Positions 26,921 through 37,355 of a stretch of DNA of 64,000 nucleotides are shown here, piece by piece; within the stretch, counting starts at the first letter, position 1, and each line of letters starts with the position of its first letter. Position numbers and translations under genes: made by a program. The notes beneath the pieces are model-generated. The model was given only the letters and a program-made list of their open reading frames with translations. It did not search any database and was not told the DNA's origin. The stretch covers positions 128,001 through 192,000 of the forward strand of contig JBDRWW010000001.1 of NCBI GenBank assembly GCA_039802605.1, given 5' to 3'. Origin of the DNA: a candidate division WOR-3 bacterium. Lineage in GTDB: Bacteria; Hydrothermota; Hydrothermia; LBFQ01.

Positions 26921-28429
26921 ATGTCTCATAAAAAGCCAATATCCCGTTTGTACGTGGGTTTGATACCATACAATTCACTATCCATGCCAAAGGTACCGAA
27001 AAGGATTCCTTGGTGGATGAAATATATTCCAATCAAAAAACCGCTTATATGGTTAAATCCCTTAGATGTGCTAAACGATCCCGTAAAAATATACGATGTC
27101 TTGTATTTAAAGAAGTATTTTCCAATTTGCGGATTTTTGACGAGCACCTACGAACTCAAAATTTTCAAGAATTTCTTAGATTTTATGGGGATAAGACTTG
27201 AAAAATTGTTTGATAGCGTTGAGATAATGAAGGGCGAAAAATATGAAAAATTTTACAATTTTGATGAAGAAATAAGAAGTGGTTTATCGGCATCATTTTT
27301 ATTGGGTTTAAACATTTGGGAAAAAGTACCGATGAAGTATATTTCTGCAATTTTTAAAGAAAAAACTTCCGAGATCATAAAAGAGATGGAAAGGTTAGGT
27401 TTGGGAAAGAAAAACGGTGTTTATTTGGTTTTTAAGGAAATCCCGGACTTTCCGGTGTATGAGCATCACATACAAAACATCCTATATTCAATAAAAGGGG
27501 AAAAATACATAAACCCTTTAAGGATCGCCTACGGATTACTCACCCTTTGTGAAGAAGGAATTAATATATGCGGGTATATGGATTACATCTTAAACCTTTG
27601 TGAAGATTCCAAAAGCGAGGGCAAAGGGGTAATGCTATCCATCTTGGGTATTACCAATGCAGCTTTATGTTTAAATTCAAAAATTTTAATAGAATTAAAA
27701 GAACCACAGGAATATGTGAAATTAAAGGTGAGCCTTTGGAAAAAGGTTTGGATGGGTGAATTTTTGGGAGCATTTATAAAAACGGATGAGCCGGAAATAA
27801 CATTTTTGGAGAACTACATAGCGCATTTAAAGAGTAGGGAAAGGGTATATGAATATTTAAGGGTGTGCTTTGATGTGGGAGTACAACTATTAAAAGACGG
27901 AGGGTTGAAAGCGAAGCTGTTCTATCCATTAATATTTGAGGTTTCCGTAAAATTATCGGTAATAACGGATACCGTAGTTTGGAATTTTTCGGAGGATAAT
28001 ATGGGGAGAATTATAAAGGGATATTTAAACTGGAAGGTGGGCGAGGGTGATGGGGATAAACTCTTAGAAACGATTAATGCCGTTTTCAAAGAGGATTTGA
28101 ACCCCGCAATGGAATCCATTTTGGAGATTATCCTTTTGGACTTGGGAAAAACAACAAACATTACCCAAAGCATATATCCTTCCTGGGCACCGCTACTCTA
28201 TGCGAATTTGTATATATACTCCAAAGACGACATTGAAAGGCGAATGCTTTTAAACGCTTTTATAACTTCAATCATAGATTACCCATCCGGAATATTCTTT
28301 TTGGGGAATAAAATAGCATATTTAATTGGAGATTTGAAGAAATACGCAAAAAACTTTCTTGAAGATGTTAGAACTTACATTATTACAAACGGTTTGCACG
28401 AGTTGATTGAAAAATGGAATTTTAATTAA
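26921..28429 (+). CDS. Hypothetical protein
   Basis: 502-aa ORF with TATAAT 10 nt upstream; no recognised motif. Confidence 0.75.
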   Translation: MSHKKPISRLYVGLIPYNSLSMPKVPKRIPWWMKYIPIKKPLIWLNPLDVLNDPVKIYDVLYLKKYFPICGFLTSTYELKIFKNFLDFMGIRLEKLFDSVEIMKGEKYEKFYNFDEEIRSGLSASFLLGLNIWEKVPMKYISAIFKEKTSEIIKEMERLGLGKKNGVYLVFKEIPDFPVYEHHIQNILYSIKGEKYINPLRIAYGLLTLCEEGINICGYMDYILNLCEDSKSEGKGVMLSILGITNAALCLNSKILIELKEPQEYVKLKVSLWKKVWMGEFLGAFIKTDEPEITFLENYIAHLKSRERVYEYLRVCFDVGVQLLKDGGLKAKLFYPLIFEVSVKLSVITDTVVWNFSEDNMGRIIKGYLNWKVGEGDGDKLLETINAVFKEDLNPAMESILEIILLDLGKTTNITQSIYPSWAPLLYANLYIYSKDDIERRMLLNAFITSIIDYPSGIFFLGNKIAYLIGDLKKYAKNFLEDVRTYIITNGLHELIEKWNFN

Positions 28430-29811
28430 GATATAGGCTTAGCACGATCCGTTTGAAGGATGGAAGTTAAGGTGTAATAAGCGTTAAACCCCTTATTCCT
28501 TAAAATCTTTGCCATTTGCCTGCTTTTAATACCCTCTTTGCATACAAAAACATATTTTTTACTTTTATCAAGGTTGTCTATGTTATCCATAAACTCAAAG
28601 AAATCAACCCTTTCAAGGTCTATAATAACGGCGCCTTCGGGTATATGGTACATAAAAATCTCCTCTTCCAATTCATAACCACCGGATACGGGTATTTTCT
28701 TTGCAGAATTTATAACCTCTTCCAAGGCATTTATAACCTTTTTTTCTTCGGATTTAACCTCGGAAAGTTTGGCTTTTGGTGGTGGGGGAGGGGCTATAGC
28801 GCAGTATTCCGGAATCCTCTCCGAAATTGTATATGTCCCTATTACCCTACTCAATCGGATTATCTCCTCCTTATCCATAAATATCAAGGGTCTGAAAACG
28901 GGCATATTTACCGATTCTTCTATAATCCGCAAGTTGTGTATTGTTTGTGTGGAAACCTGACCCAAGGACTCTCCGGTAATTATTGCATCCGCCCCTATAT
29001 TTTTAGCCAATATCTCCCCCAACCTATACATAGCCCTTTTTAAAATTATAAGCCTGAGCTTGGGTTTTACATTGGACAGGGCAATTAAAACAGGCGAAAA
29101 ACCAAAAACATAAAATTCGGGTTCGTATCCGAATATCCAATCGTTATAAAGTTTATTGACAATTTCATATGCACCAACAACATGCTCCTTTCCCCCCAAA
29201 TCGAAGAGGACAAAGGTTATTTTTAAACCCCTCTTCAAACCCATCCAAGACGCAACGGCCGAATCAAAACCCCCGGAAATCAACGAAATGGCTTTACCTT
29301 GGGAACCCGATGGAAATCCCCCTTGTCCCTTATAGGTTTCCGTAAAGGCATACAAATCATCCCCCCTTATTTCAAGGTTTATTTGGATTTCGGGATTTTC
29401 CAAATCAACACCGGAAGAAAGGTCGTATAAAGCGCTTCCCAATTCGCTTTCCAACTTTCTTATGGATAAACCCTTATCCCTCGTTTTAACCCTTACGGCG
29501 AACTTCTTTCCCCTAACACTCTCCCCGAAGGTTTCCCTTATGGTTTTCTTTAATTCCTCCAAACCTTCAAACTTAAAGTGATAGGTAGGGGAAAAAGAGC
29601 TTATCCCAAACACCCGGGATAGAATTCCTGAAATGTTTTCATCACTTTCCACATATATCCTGTCCCTATCCCTCCAAACCTTTCCCAAAATTTTGTTCCT
29701 TTTAAGCGCCTCTTCTATGCTCTTCTGAAGGTTAAAAATGAGTTGTCTTTTTAAACCCTCACCCTTTGTGAAAATCTCGGAAGAATACCTTACAAGCCAA
29801 ACCTTACGCAA
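28426..29811 (-). CDS. thiI: tRNA 4-thiouridine synthase with C-terminal rhodanese-like domain
   Basis: THUMP region, SGGFDS PP-loop, TGESLGQVSTQT, C-terminal VCKEGIKS. Confidence 0.93.
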   Translation of the reverse strand: MRKVWLVRYSSEIFTKGEGLKRQLIFNLQKSIEEALKRNKILGKVWRDRDRIYVESDENISGILSRVFGISSFSPTYHFKFEGLEELKKTIRETFGESVRGKKFAVRVKTRDKGLSIRKLESELGSALYDLSSGVDLENPEIQINLEIRGDDLYAFTETYKGQGGFPSGSQGKAISLISGGFDSAVASWMGLKRGLKITFVLFDLGGKEHVVGAYEIVNKLYNDWIFGYEPEFYVFGFSPVLIALSNVKPKLRLIILKRAMYRLGEILAKNIGADAIITGESLGQVSTQTIHNLRIIEESVNMPVFRPLIFMDKEEIIRLSRVIGTYTISERIPEYCAIAPPPPPKAKLSEVKSEEKKVINALEEVINSAKKIPVSGGYELEEEIFMYHIPEGAVIIDLERVDFFEFMDNIDNLDKSKKYVFVCKEGIKSRQMAKILRNKGFNAYYTLTSILQTDRAKPIS

Positions 29812-30775
29812 CTTTAACGCTTTCCAAATGCCTTATATATTCATCCGCCATGATAGCTGCGGTTGCGCCATCCGCTAAGGCATGTACGAGTTGCCGTAAG
29901 GGCTTCACCCTACCATCTCCCGCCACGAACAATCCCGGTGTTTTTGTTTTTGTATCCTCCCCAACCAATGCAAAACCCCTTTCATCCAAATCCACATAAT
30001 CCTTTATCGGATCGTTCACGGGTCTCAAACCTATGTATATAAAAGCGCCATCAACCTCCAAAAAACTCTCCTCACCGGTTTTGGTATCCTTTAATCTCAA
30101 CCCTTTTAAGAACCTATCCCCCACGAATTCAATAACCACCTTGTTTGTGAGGATTTCGGCGTTTGGGTGGGATTTGAGTTGTTCAACATAATACCTCTGC
30201 GCTCTGAACTCATCCCTCCTGTGTATGAGGTATAACTTCCCCACCATGTTCAATAGGTATAAGCCTTCGGTAAAGGCGGAATCACCACCCCCTATAACCG
30301 CCACCCTCTTACCTTTAAAGAAAGCACCATCGCATACGGCACAGTAGGAAACCCCCCTACCGGTAAGCTCCTTTTCACCGGGAACACCCAATTTTTTTGG
30401 TTCGGCACCCGCCGCCCATATTACCGCCTTAGCCGTGTGATCCCCTTCCGTGGTTTGAAGGATAAATATACCGTTTTCCCTTTTTATGGACAGAACCTCC
30501 GCAAATATTATTTCCGCCCCGAAATCCCTTGCATGTTTCTCAAACCTTTCCGCCAACTCGGGACCCTTCGCCCTAAGACCTGGATAGTTATCAACCTCAT
30601 CCGTGGTTGCTATCTGTCCCCCTATAGCGCTCTTTTCAAATACCACGGTTTTCCGGAGGGACCTAGCGGCGTATATTGCTGCTCCCAAACCCGCAGGCCC
30701 ACCTCCCACAATTGCTATATCCCATTCCCTATTATCGCTTTTACTCTCAATATTTTCAAGCTTAAACTCCAACAT
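29804..30775 (-). CDS. trxB: Thioredoxin reductase
   Basis: GGGPAG, GVSYCAVCDG, GGGDSA, HRRDEFRA. Confidence 0.96.
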   Translation of the reverse strand: MLEFKLENIESKSDNREWDIAIVGGGPAGLGAAIYAARSLRKTVVFEKSAIGGQIATTDEVDNYPGLRAKGPELAERFEKHARDFGAEIIFAEVLSIKRENGIFILQTTEGDHTAKAVIWAAGAEPKKLGVPGEKELTGRGVSYCAVCDGAFFKGKRVAVIGGGDSAFTEGLYLLNMVGKLYLIHRRDEFRAQRYYVEQLKSHPNAEILTNKVVIEFVGDRFLKGLRLKDTKTGEESFLEVDGAFIYIGLRPVNDPIKDYVDLDERGFALVGEDTKTKTPGLFVAGDGRVKPLRQLVHALADGATAAIMADEYIRHLESVKVA

Positions 30776-30810
30776 AGCGGTAAGAATTCTAAGGCTGAAA
30801 GTTTTTCAAC

Positions 30811-31734
30811 CTACCAAATTTCCGAACCATCGGGAATGGTTTCGTTGTTTAAAACCTTAAAGGGTCCTATCACACAATTTTCACCGATAACGGTATTTCC
30901 GAGAAGCGCAACAAAGGGATATATAATACTGTCTCTGCCTATCTTTACGGAGTATTCAACATAAACATTTTCTGGCATAATAAATGTGACGCCGTTATCC
31001 ATATGATTTTTCTTAATCCTCTCTTGCATTACACCCTCAACAATTGCCAATTGTTCCCTCGTATTAACCCCTAGAATTTCCCTCCAATCCTCCGCCTTGA
31101 TAACCTGAACATTTTCAAAAAAATTAAAAACATCGGTTAAATAATATTCTCCTTGGGAATTGTTTGGGGATATTTTTTCCAGGGCTTTAAACAACTTATC
31201 ACCCCTAAATATGTAAAAGCCCCCATTAACCTCTTTTATTTTTCTCTCGTTTTCGTTTGCATCCCCATGCTCAACTATTTTTATAAACCTATCCCCATCC
31301 CTAACTATCCTTCCATAACCTTCTGGATTTGGAACCTCTGCGGAAAGGATTACGGCATCCATGTCGGTTTTAAGCATTATATCAAGCATATTTTTTATGG
31401 TTTCCGTCTTTATTAACGGGGCATCCCCGGGGGCAACATAAATAATCCCATCATTAATAAATTTTCCAACCGTATTAACCGCATCACCCGTTCCCCTTGG
31501 TACCTCCTGAACAACAACTTCTACATTGGGATATTTACCGCAAACACTTTCCAATGTATCCTCGTTTTCGGAATTCCCAACCACAAAAATCTTTTTGGGA
31601 TTTAAGGGAATGCAGGCTTCTATCGACCATTCTATCATCATCTTTCCAGAAACCTTATGAAAAACCTTTGGAATTTTTGATTTTATACGCTTTGATAGGC
31701 CCCCCGCCAATATAACCGCATAAAACTTATCCAT
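30811..31734 (-). CDS. glmU: GlmU-like GlcNAc-1-P uridyltransferase, C-terminally truncated
   Basis: LAGG..RIKS..PK, GTGDAV, GYGRIVR, EYYLTD, GVNTREQL; 307 aa with only a few hexapeptide repeats. Confidence 0.85.
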   Translation of the reverse strand: MDKFYAVILAGGLSKRIKSKIPKVFHKVSGKMMIEWSIEACIPLNPKKIFVVGNSENEDTLESVCGKYPNVEVVVQEVPRGTGDAVNTVGKFINDGIIYVAPGDAPLIKTETIKNMLDIMLKTDMDAVILSAEVPNPEGYGRIVRDGDRFIKIVEHGDANENERKIKEVNGGFYIFRGDKLFKALEKISPNNSQGEYYLTDVFNFFENVQVIKAEDWREILGVNTREQLAIVEGVMQERIKKNHMDNGVTFIMPENVYVEYSVKIGRDSIIYPFVALLGNTVIGENCVIGPFKVLNNETIPDGSEIW

Positions 31735-33853
31735 TTTCCGGAGTTAGTTCTCTCTTTACCTTCTCTTCAATATATGCCTCTAAAACATCACCCACCTTAA
31801 ACTTTTCAAACCCTTCAAGTTTTATTCCACACTCATACCCCTGTTGCACCTCTCTAACATCATCTTTATACCTCTTCAAGGAGGCTATACGGGTTTCTGC
31901 GAGTATGGTCCCATCCCTCCTTACCTTTATCTTCGCATCCCTCCTAATTGTACCGCTTATAACATAACAACCCGCAACATTCCCAGCGCTTGTGGAAAAC
32001 ACCGCCCTAACCTCTGCCTCCCCTATTTTCCTTTCAACAACCTCGGGTTCTAACTGACCCGAAAGTATTTCCTTTACATCGTCCAAAAGGGAATATATAA
32101 CCTTGTGAATCCTTATGGGTACACCCCTATTTTCCGCGGTTTCCCTTGCGGCACTATCAACTTTTGTATTGAAACCGAGTATTATTCCGTTTGATGCTAT
32201 GGCAAGTTCCACATCGGCTAAGGTTATATTTCCCACGGCGTAATGTATAACCTCGGGTTCAATCTCTTTAAACTTCATTTTTGATAACGCCTCAACTATG
32301 GCTTCAACGGATCCCTGAGTATCCCCTTTTACTATTATTGGGAGTTTTAATTTTTCGCCGGCTTTTAACTTTTCCTGAATCATCCGCGCTATCTTAACAT
32401 GTTGTTTTTGTTCAATTTGGTATTTTAATGTTTCCGAATACTCTTCCGCTTTTTCTTTCGCTTCGTTCAAATCCTCAACAACCACCAAAGTATCACCAGC
32501 CCTTGGCACCTCCTCAAACCCAACGACCAAAACCGGCATAGATGGAGGGGCTTCTTCTACCTGATTTCCCTTATCGTTCAACATTAGCCTAACCCTACCA
32601 TAAGTGGGACCACACCAAAATGCATCGCCAACCCTAAGGGTTCCGCTTCTTACTATAACCGTTCCAACAGGCCCTAAGCCCTTATCTATCTTAGACTCTA
32701 TTACCGTAGCCTTTGCCCTACCGCTATAAGGCGCTTTTAGCCCCAACTCCTCGGCTTTTACTATGATGGCATCCAAAAGGTCGTCTATACCTATACCCTT
32801 CTTTGCGGAAATTTCAACAACTATTGTATCCCCTCCGTATTCTTCCGGAACCAAATTATACCTCATAAGTTCGTTTTTTACCCTTTGCGGATCGGCTGTT
32901 GGTAGGTCTATTTTGTTTATCGCAACTATTATGGGAACCCCGGCGGTCCTGGCATGGTTTATCGCCTCAACGGTTTGGGGCATAACGCCGTCATCGGCGG
33001 CAACCACAAGGACAACTATATCCGTAACCTGCGCACCCCTTGCCCGCAAAGTTGTAAAGGCCTCATGGCCAGGGGTATCTATAAATGTAATGGTATAATC
33101 CCCATGCCTAACCTGATACGCCCCGATGTGCTGGGTAATCCCGCCAGCCTCCTGCTGGGCAACATTTGTATTCCTTATAGTATCAAGTAGGGTGGTTTTC
33201 CCGTGGTCTACATGACCCATAACGGTTACGATAGGCGGCCTGGGTCTAACATCTCCCCCATCCTCAGGTGTTTCTTCAACAACTTCTTCGGCTGTTTCCG
33301 ATAGTTCCACTTCAATACCGAATTCAGAAGCCAAACCTATGATGGTTTCAACATCCAAAACCTGGTTGATGGTTATAAGTATCCCATTTTCAAAAGCTTT
33401 CTGTATAACCTCTTCTGGGGTTTTACCCAAGGCCTCGGCAAATTCTTTAACAGTCATAGACCCGGTAATTGTTATCTTTTCTACGGTTGATGTAAGTTTT
33501 GTTTCCTTCTTTTTGGGTTTCGTTATACTCTTTGATACCTTTTTCACCACTTTGGGTTCCCTATCCTCAAATTTTTCCTCCCTATCCCTTCTATCCCTTT
33601 TAACTTTACGGGAAGGTTTCGGAGGGGCCTGGTATATTTCCTTCTTTACTTTTAATTCCTGCCCTATACTCTCCATATGCTTGCTTAATTCCCTACGGAC
33701 TACATCCTCCATATCCTTGTTCATCTTGTGGGAATCGCTGCGAACATGTTTGTACCCGTTGTTTCTAAGGATGTTTATAATTATCTTTGGATCCACACCT
33801 ATCTCCTTGGCAAACTCCTTAATCGGTACAGGTCCTTTTTTAGGTTTAGACAT
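31727..33853 (-). CDS. infB: Translation initiation factor IF-2
   Basis: [25 protein letters not shown]. Confidence 0.98.
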   Translation of the reverse strand: MSKPKKGPVPIKEFAKEIGVDPKIIINILRNNGYKHVRSDSHKMNKDMEDVVRRELSKHMESIGQELKVKKEIYQAPPKPSRKVKRDRRDREEKFEDREPKVVKKVSKSITKPKKKETKLTSTVEKITITGSMTVKEFAEALGKTPEEVIQKAFENGILITINQVLDVETIIGLASEFGIEVELSETAEEVVEETPEDGGDVRPRPPIVTVMGHVDHGKTTLLDTIRNTNVAQQEAGGITQHIGAYQVRHGDYTITFIDTPGHEAFTTLRARGAQVTDIVVLVVAADDGVMPQTVEAINHARTAGVPIIVAINKIDLPTADPQRVKNELMRYNLVPEEYGGDTIVVEISAKKGIGIDDLLDAIIVKAEELGLKAPYSGRAKATVIESKIDKGLGPVGTVIVRSGTLRVGDAFWCGPTYGRVRLMLNDKGNQVEEAPPSMPVLVVGFEEVPRAGDTLVVVEDLNEAKEKAEEYSETLKYQIEQKQHVKIARMIQEKLKAGEKLKLPIIVKGDTQGSVEAIVEALSKMKFKEIEPEVIHYAVGNITLADVELAIASNGIILGFNTKVDSAARETAENRGVPIRIHKVIYSLLDDVKEILSGQLEPEVVERKIGEAEVRAVFSTSAGNVAGCYVISGTIRRDAKIKVRRDGTILAETRIASLKRYKDDVREVQQGYECGIKLEGFEKFKVGDVLEAYIEEKVKRELTPENG

Positions 33854-35312
33854 GTTCCTCCCCCTTTTCCTTTAAAGCGTCTTCTATGATTTCCAAAATC
33901 CTTATTGTTGTTGCCTCGTCTGTGCCCAACAACCTTTGCATATAGGCCAGAGGTATCAATCTCTTGAAATATACAAGTGTGGCCTCTTTTAGTTTTTCAT
34001 ATATTTCCGAGGCAAGTTTGTCTTTAAGTTCATATAAGGTAACTCCCATTTCCGGAGGTGTGAATTCACTTATGTGTAAAGCGTTTATCTTTTTACCCAC
34101 AAGCCTTGAAGCGAGTTTTATGTTTATGCCGTCCTTACCCTTTGCCTTCAAAACCTCTTCATCATCCTCGTAATACACATTTATTTCCTCTTTAAGTTCG
34201 CCATCAACCCTTTCCTTTTTCTCGTATGCCGCCACCGCCCCCTTTGCGGGCTGAAGGGAAAGTATGGCAAACCTAACAATATCGCTGTCGTAAGGTATAA
34301 CATCTATTATTTCTTCTTTGGGCATTTTACTCTTTATGGCATAAAGTCTCGTTCCCCTTGGACCGAGGATCGTGGTAACCGGGGAAACGAAGGGATCCCT
34401 TGACTTAACGGCTATCTTTGTCATAACGCCCGCCTCCCTTGCTATGGAAACTATTTGTACCGTACCATCCTGAAGTTCGGGTATTGACCTTTCAAGCAAC
34501 GCTTGAACAAACCTCGGATCCGAACGGGAGAGGAGGAGGGGATACGAAGCCCTATCCTCCACATTCAATACCACCGCTTCTATATCCTGCCCAGGCTTAT
34601 AAACTTCGCTTTCGACCATACCCTCCTTTGGTATCCTTCCCTCTACACCCAATTCGGGAATACCGACCAAAACACCCATCTTTTTATCAACCTTTTGTAC
34701 TTTTCCCGTTATAATCTTGTTAATGTATGCCTGCAACCTTGGGAGTTTTGCCTTTAAGATCTCGTTCTTTATCCTGTAAAGGAATTTTTCCTTTAACCTT
34801 TGGACATCGTAATGCGAAAACTTTTCCGGTGTAATAATCTCCTCGTAGCCGATTTCTTTAACTTTGAACAAATCTTGGTTCTGCTCCACAACTTCCCCAC
34901 CCCTTCCATAAACCTTTTCTATCTTTGCGATTTTCCCACTTACATTAAACTTTATTTCAAGATCTTTTCCGTTATCGGTTATAATTCCAATAACATCGCC
35001 GAATTTAACCTCCTCATCTACCTCTTTTTTGGGCTTGAATATACCCTTTATTGGGGCTTTTATATAGAAAACTTCACCTTTTTCAGCCGATATATCCTCA
35101 TTAACAAACTCTACCCTAACCAATATTTTACCCCTACTTAAATCCACCTCGGGTTTTATGCTTCTTGGCTTTGGGTGCGAATATTTATACTTTTCGGAAA
35201 AAACATCCTTTAAAGCGCTTACGAGTGCCTTTTCAACCGTCTCGGGATCAATTTTATGCTCATGGGCAAACGCTTCAAGTGCAAGCCTTAGTTCATCTAC
35301 CCTTATGGCCAT
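33846..35312 (-). CDS. nusA: Transcription factor NusA with an inserted biotinyl/lipoyl-like domain
   Basis: S1, KH1 (AREAG..TKIAV, GPRG) and KH2 (GKDGINIKLASRLVG); lies between rimP and infB; AGGAGGT SD. Confidence 0.92.
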   Translation of the reverse strand: MAIRVDELRLALEAFAHEHKIDPETVEKALVSALKDVFSEKYKYSHPKPRSIKPEVDLSRGKILVRVEFVNEDISAEKGEVFYIKAPIKGIFKPKKEVDEEVKFGDVIGIITDNGKDLEIKFNVSGKIAKIEKVYGRGGEVVEQNQDLFKVKEIGYEEIITPEKFSHYDVQRLKEKFLYRIKNEILKAKLPRLQAYINKIITGKVQKVDKKMGVLVGIPELGVEGRIPKEGMVESEVYKPGQDIEAVVLNVEDRASYPLLLSRSDPRFVQALLERSIPELQDGTVQIVSIAREAGVMTKIAVKSRDPFVSPVTTILGPRGTRLYAIKSKMPKEEIIDVIPYDSDIVRFAILSLQPAKGAVAAYEKKERVDGELKEEINVYYEDDEEVLKAKGKDGINIKLASRLVGKKINALHISEFTPPEMGVTLYELKDKLASEIYEKLKEATLVYFKRLIPLAYMQRLLGTDEATTIRILEIIEDALKEKGEEHV

Positions 35313-35315
35313 TTT

Positions 35316-35765
35316 TTACCTCCTTTCGTTATCCAATTGTAAAACCGCAACTTCTTCAAGGTTATAAAAATTGTCATCAACACCTATTGTTTTTTCTTCC
35401 TCGTTAAAGTAATTTAAAACCCCCTTTACGGTCTCACCGGTTTTTAGCACGACCTTTACCCTTCTCCTTAAAGCCCAATTTATTTCCCTCGGTTTAACGA
35501 GTTTTCTATTTATACCGGGTGATGATACCTCCAATGTGTATGGAACATCTATAAAATCCTCGGCATCGAGCATATCGGAAAAAGCCCTTGAAAACCTCTC
35601 GCAATCCTTTATAGTTATGCCATTTTCCTTGTCTATATAAACCCTCAAATAACCCCTCTTACCGCCAAAACTCCACTCTGTATCCACCAAATAATATCCC
35701 AACCTCTTTGCCAACTTCTCAGCCAACTCCTCGGCCCTTTTTTGTATGTACTCCTCCCACCTCAT
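35316..35765 (-). CDS. rimP: Ribosome maturation factor RimP
   Basis: LRVYIDK..GITIKDC, YTLEVSSPG; start moved to ATG 35765. Confidence 0.95.
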   Translation of the reverse strand: MRWEEYIQKRAEELAEKLAKRLGYYLVDTEWSFGGKRGYLRVYIDKENGITIKDCERFSRAFSDMLDAEDFIDVPYTLEVSSPGINRKLVKPREINWALRRRVKVVLKTGETVKGVLNYFNEEEKTIGVDDNFYNLEEVAVLQLDNERR

Positions 35766-35796
35766 AATCGTAAGTTGGTATTTTACGGCTGAAATA

Positions 35797-36666
35797 TTAT
35801 TTCTTTGAAAGTAAATCGTCCAAGGCCAAATCAATCGTTGGATACTTAAATACGAAACCTTCATCTATTAGCCTTTTGGGTATAACCCTTTGCCCCTCCA
35901 ATATTAAGTAATCCGCCACCTCACCCATTACAATTTTCAAAGCAAATGGGGGGATATGGAAAATGAGGTGTCTTTTCATCTTTTTTGCCAAAATCCTTGA
36001 AAACCCCTCGTTTGTTATAGGATTTGGGGAAACAACATTGTATATACCGGTTTTTTCATTTAAAATGAGGTATTCAACAATACTACACAAATCTTCTATA
36101 TGTATCCAACTCATCCATTGTTTCCCATCCCCTATTATTCCACCGACAAAAAATTTAAACGGTAAAACCATAAGTTTAAATGCTTTTGCATCTTTTGAAA
36201 GAACTACACCAAACCTAGTTATAACCCTCTTTATTCCCAAATCCTCTATTTCCCTTGTTGAATCTTCCCAATTCCTAACAACTTGCGTTAAAAAGTCTTC
36301 CTTTAAAGGTTGAGATTCTTCGGTGAATTCCGTATTTCTATCCCTACCGTAAAAACCAACTGCGGATGCCTGAACAAAGAGTTTTAACCTTTTGCCGGAT
36401 TTTTTAATCTCATCAACCAAAACCCTACCGGTATTCACCCTTGATTCCAAAATATTACGCTTAACCCTTTCATTCCACCTTTTTGATATGTTTTCACCCG
36501 CAAGGTTAACGATAACATCCCCATCGCTTATGTGTTTGTGGAGTTCATCGTATGTTAAACCCTTACCTTTAAACCTTGAAACCAATATTACATCGTAATC
36601 TTTTGAAAGGTAAGCCTTTAAATGCCTACCGATAAGCCCACTGCCACCAGCTATAAAAATTTTCAT
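35797..36666 (-). CDS. TIGR01777-family NAD-dependent epimerase-like protein
   Basis: GGSGLIG, VNLAGE, SAVGFYG, GKQWMSWIH, GQRVIP. Confidence 0.9.
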   Translation of the reverse strand: MKIFIAGGSGLIGRHLKAYLSKDYDVILVSRFKGKGLTYDELHKHISDGDVIVNLAGENISKRWNERVKRNILESRVNTGRVLVDEIKKSGKRLKLFVQASAVGFYGRDRNTEFTEESQPLKEDFLTQVVRNWEDSTREIEDLGIKRVITRFGVVLSKDAKAFKLMVLPFKFFVGGIIGDGKQWMSWIHIEDLCSIVEYLILNEKTGIYNVVSPNPITNEGFSRILAKKMKRHLIFHIPPFALKIVMGEVADYLILEGQRVIPKRLIDEGFVFKYPTIDLALDDLLSKK

Positions 36667-36698
36667 CCAAAAATTATAAACCGGTTTATAATTTCTAT

Positions 36699-37092
36699 AT
36701 GCGGAAGGTTGTTTTTATTCTTGCCGCGGTTTTATTTATTACAAAATGCGCTAGTACGCCTATACCCTACGACACGGCGAGGATAGATGACAGTAAAGCA
36801 TTCGCAGGTGTATCCTTACAGAGTATGGATGTTCAAAACTATGAGTGCGATCTTTGGGGATGCAGTACGACATATTATGAAATTACCTTTATCAGGGGGT
36901 AATCCGGAGGTTTTAACACTCGGTATAAGTCTTAATTCTAACCTCCTGGATGCCTTTGCCTCCCCCTTTGCATCATTACACTTGCGGGACTTCACTTTTT
37001 CAATCCTTTACGGATATGGCCCTCAAATAGACCGTCCAGATAAAGGATATATCTCGACTTTTCATTTAGGCGTAGCAAAAAAGTTCAAATAA
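36699..37092 (+). pseudogene. Frameshifted lipoprotein / outer-membrane protein gene
   Basis: Signal peptide ending in Cys (MRKVVFILAAVLFITKC) stops at 36902; the +1 frame continues after the G5 run (36895-36899) to a beta-strand-like FHLGVAKKFK end. Confidence 0.55.
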
Positions 37093-37118
37093 ATCCTACA
37101 TCCTTAAAATTCACGCTT

Positions 37119-37355
37119 ATGTTTGAGGAGATGGGTAGGTTTATAGTTTTAATGGGGGTAATATTGGTTTTTATTGGACTGATTTTTATGGCCTTTGAGA
37201 AGTTTTCAATACCCCAAAATCCCCTTGACTTCCACTTTAAATGGAAGGGTATAGATATTTATTTCCCCTTGGGAACATCCATTCTAATATCCATAGGACT
37301 TACGCTTTTGCTTAACCTTGTGATATGGCTTTTTATATGGCTTACGAAAAGGTAA
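37119..37355 (+). CDS. DUF2905 family small membrane protein
   Basis: Two TMs flanking PLDF...YFPLGTSILIS. Confidence 0.85.
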   Translation: MFEEMGRFIVLMGVILVFIGLIFMAFEKFSIPQNPLDFHFKWKGIDIYFPLGTSILISIGLTLLLNLVIWLFIWLTKR

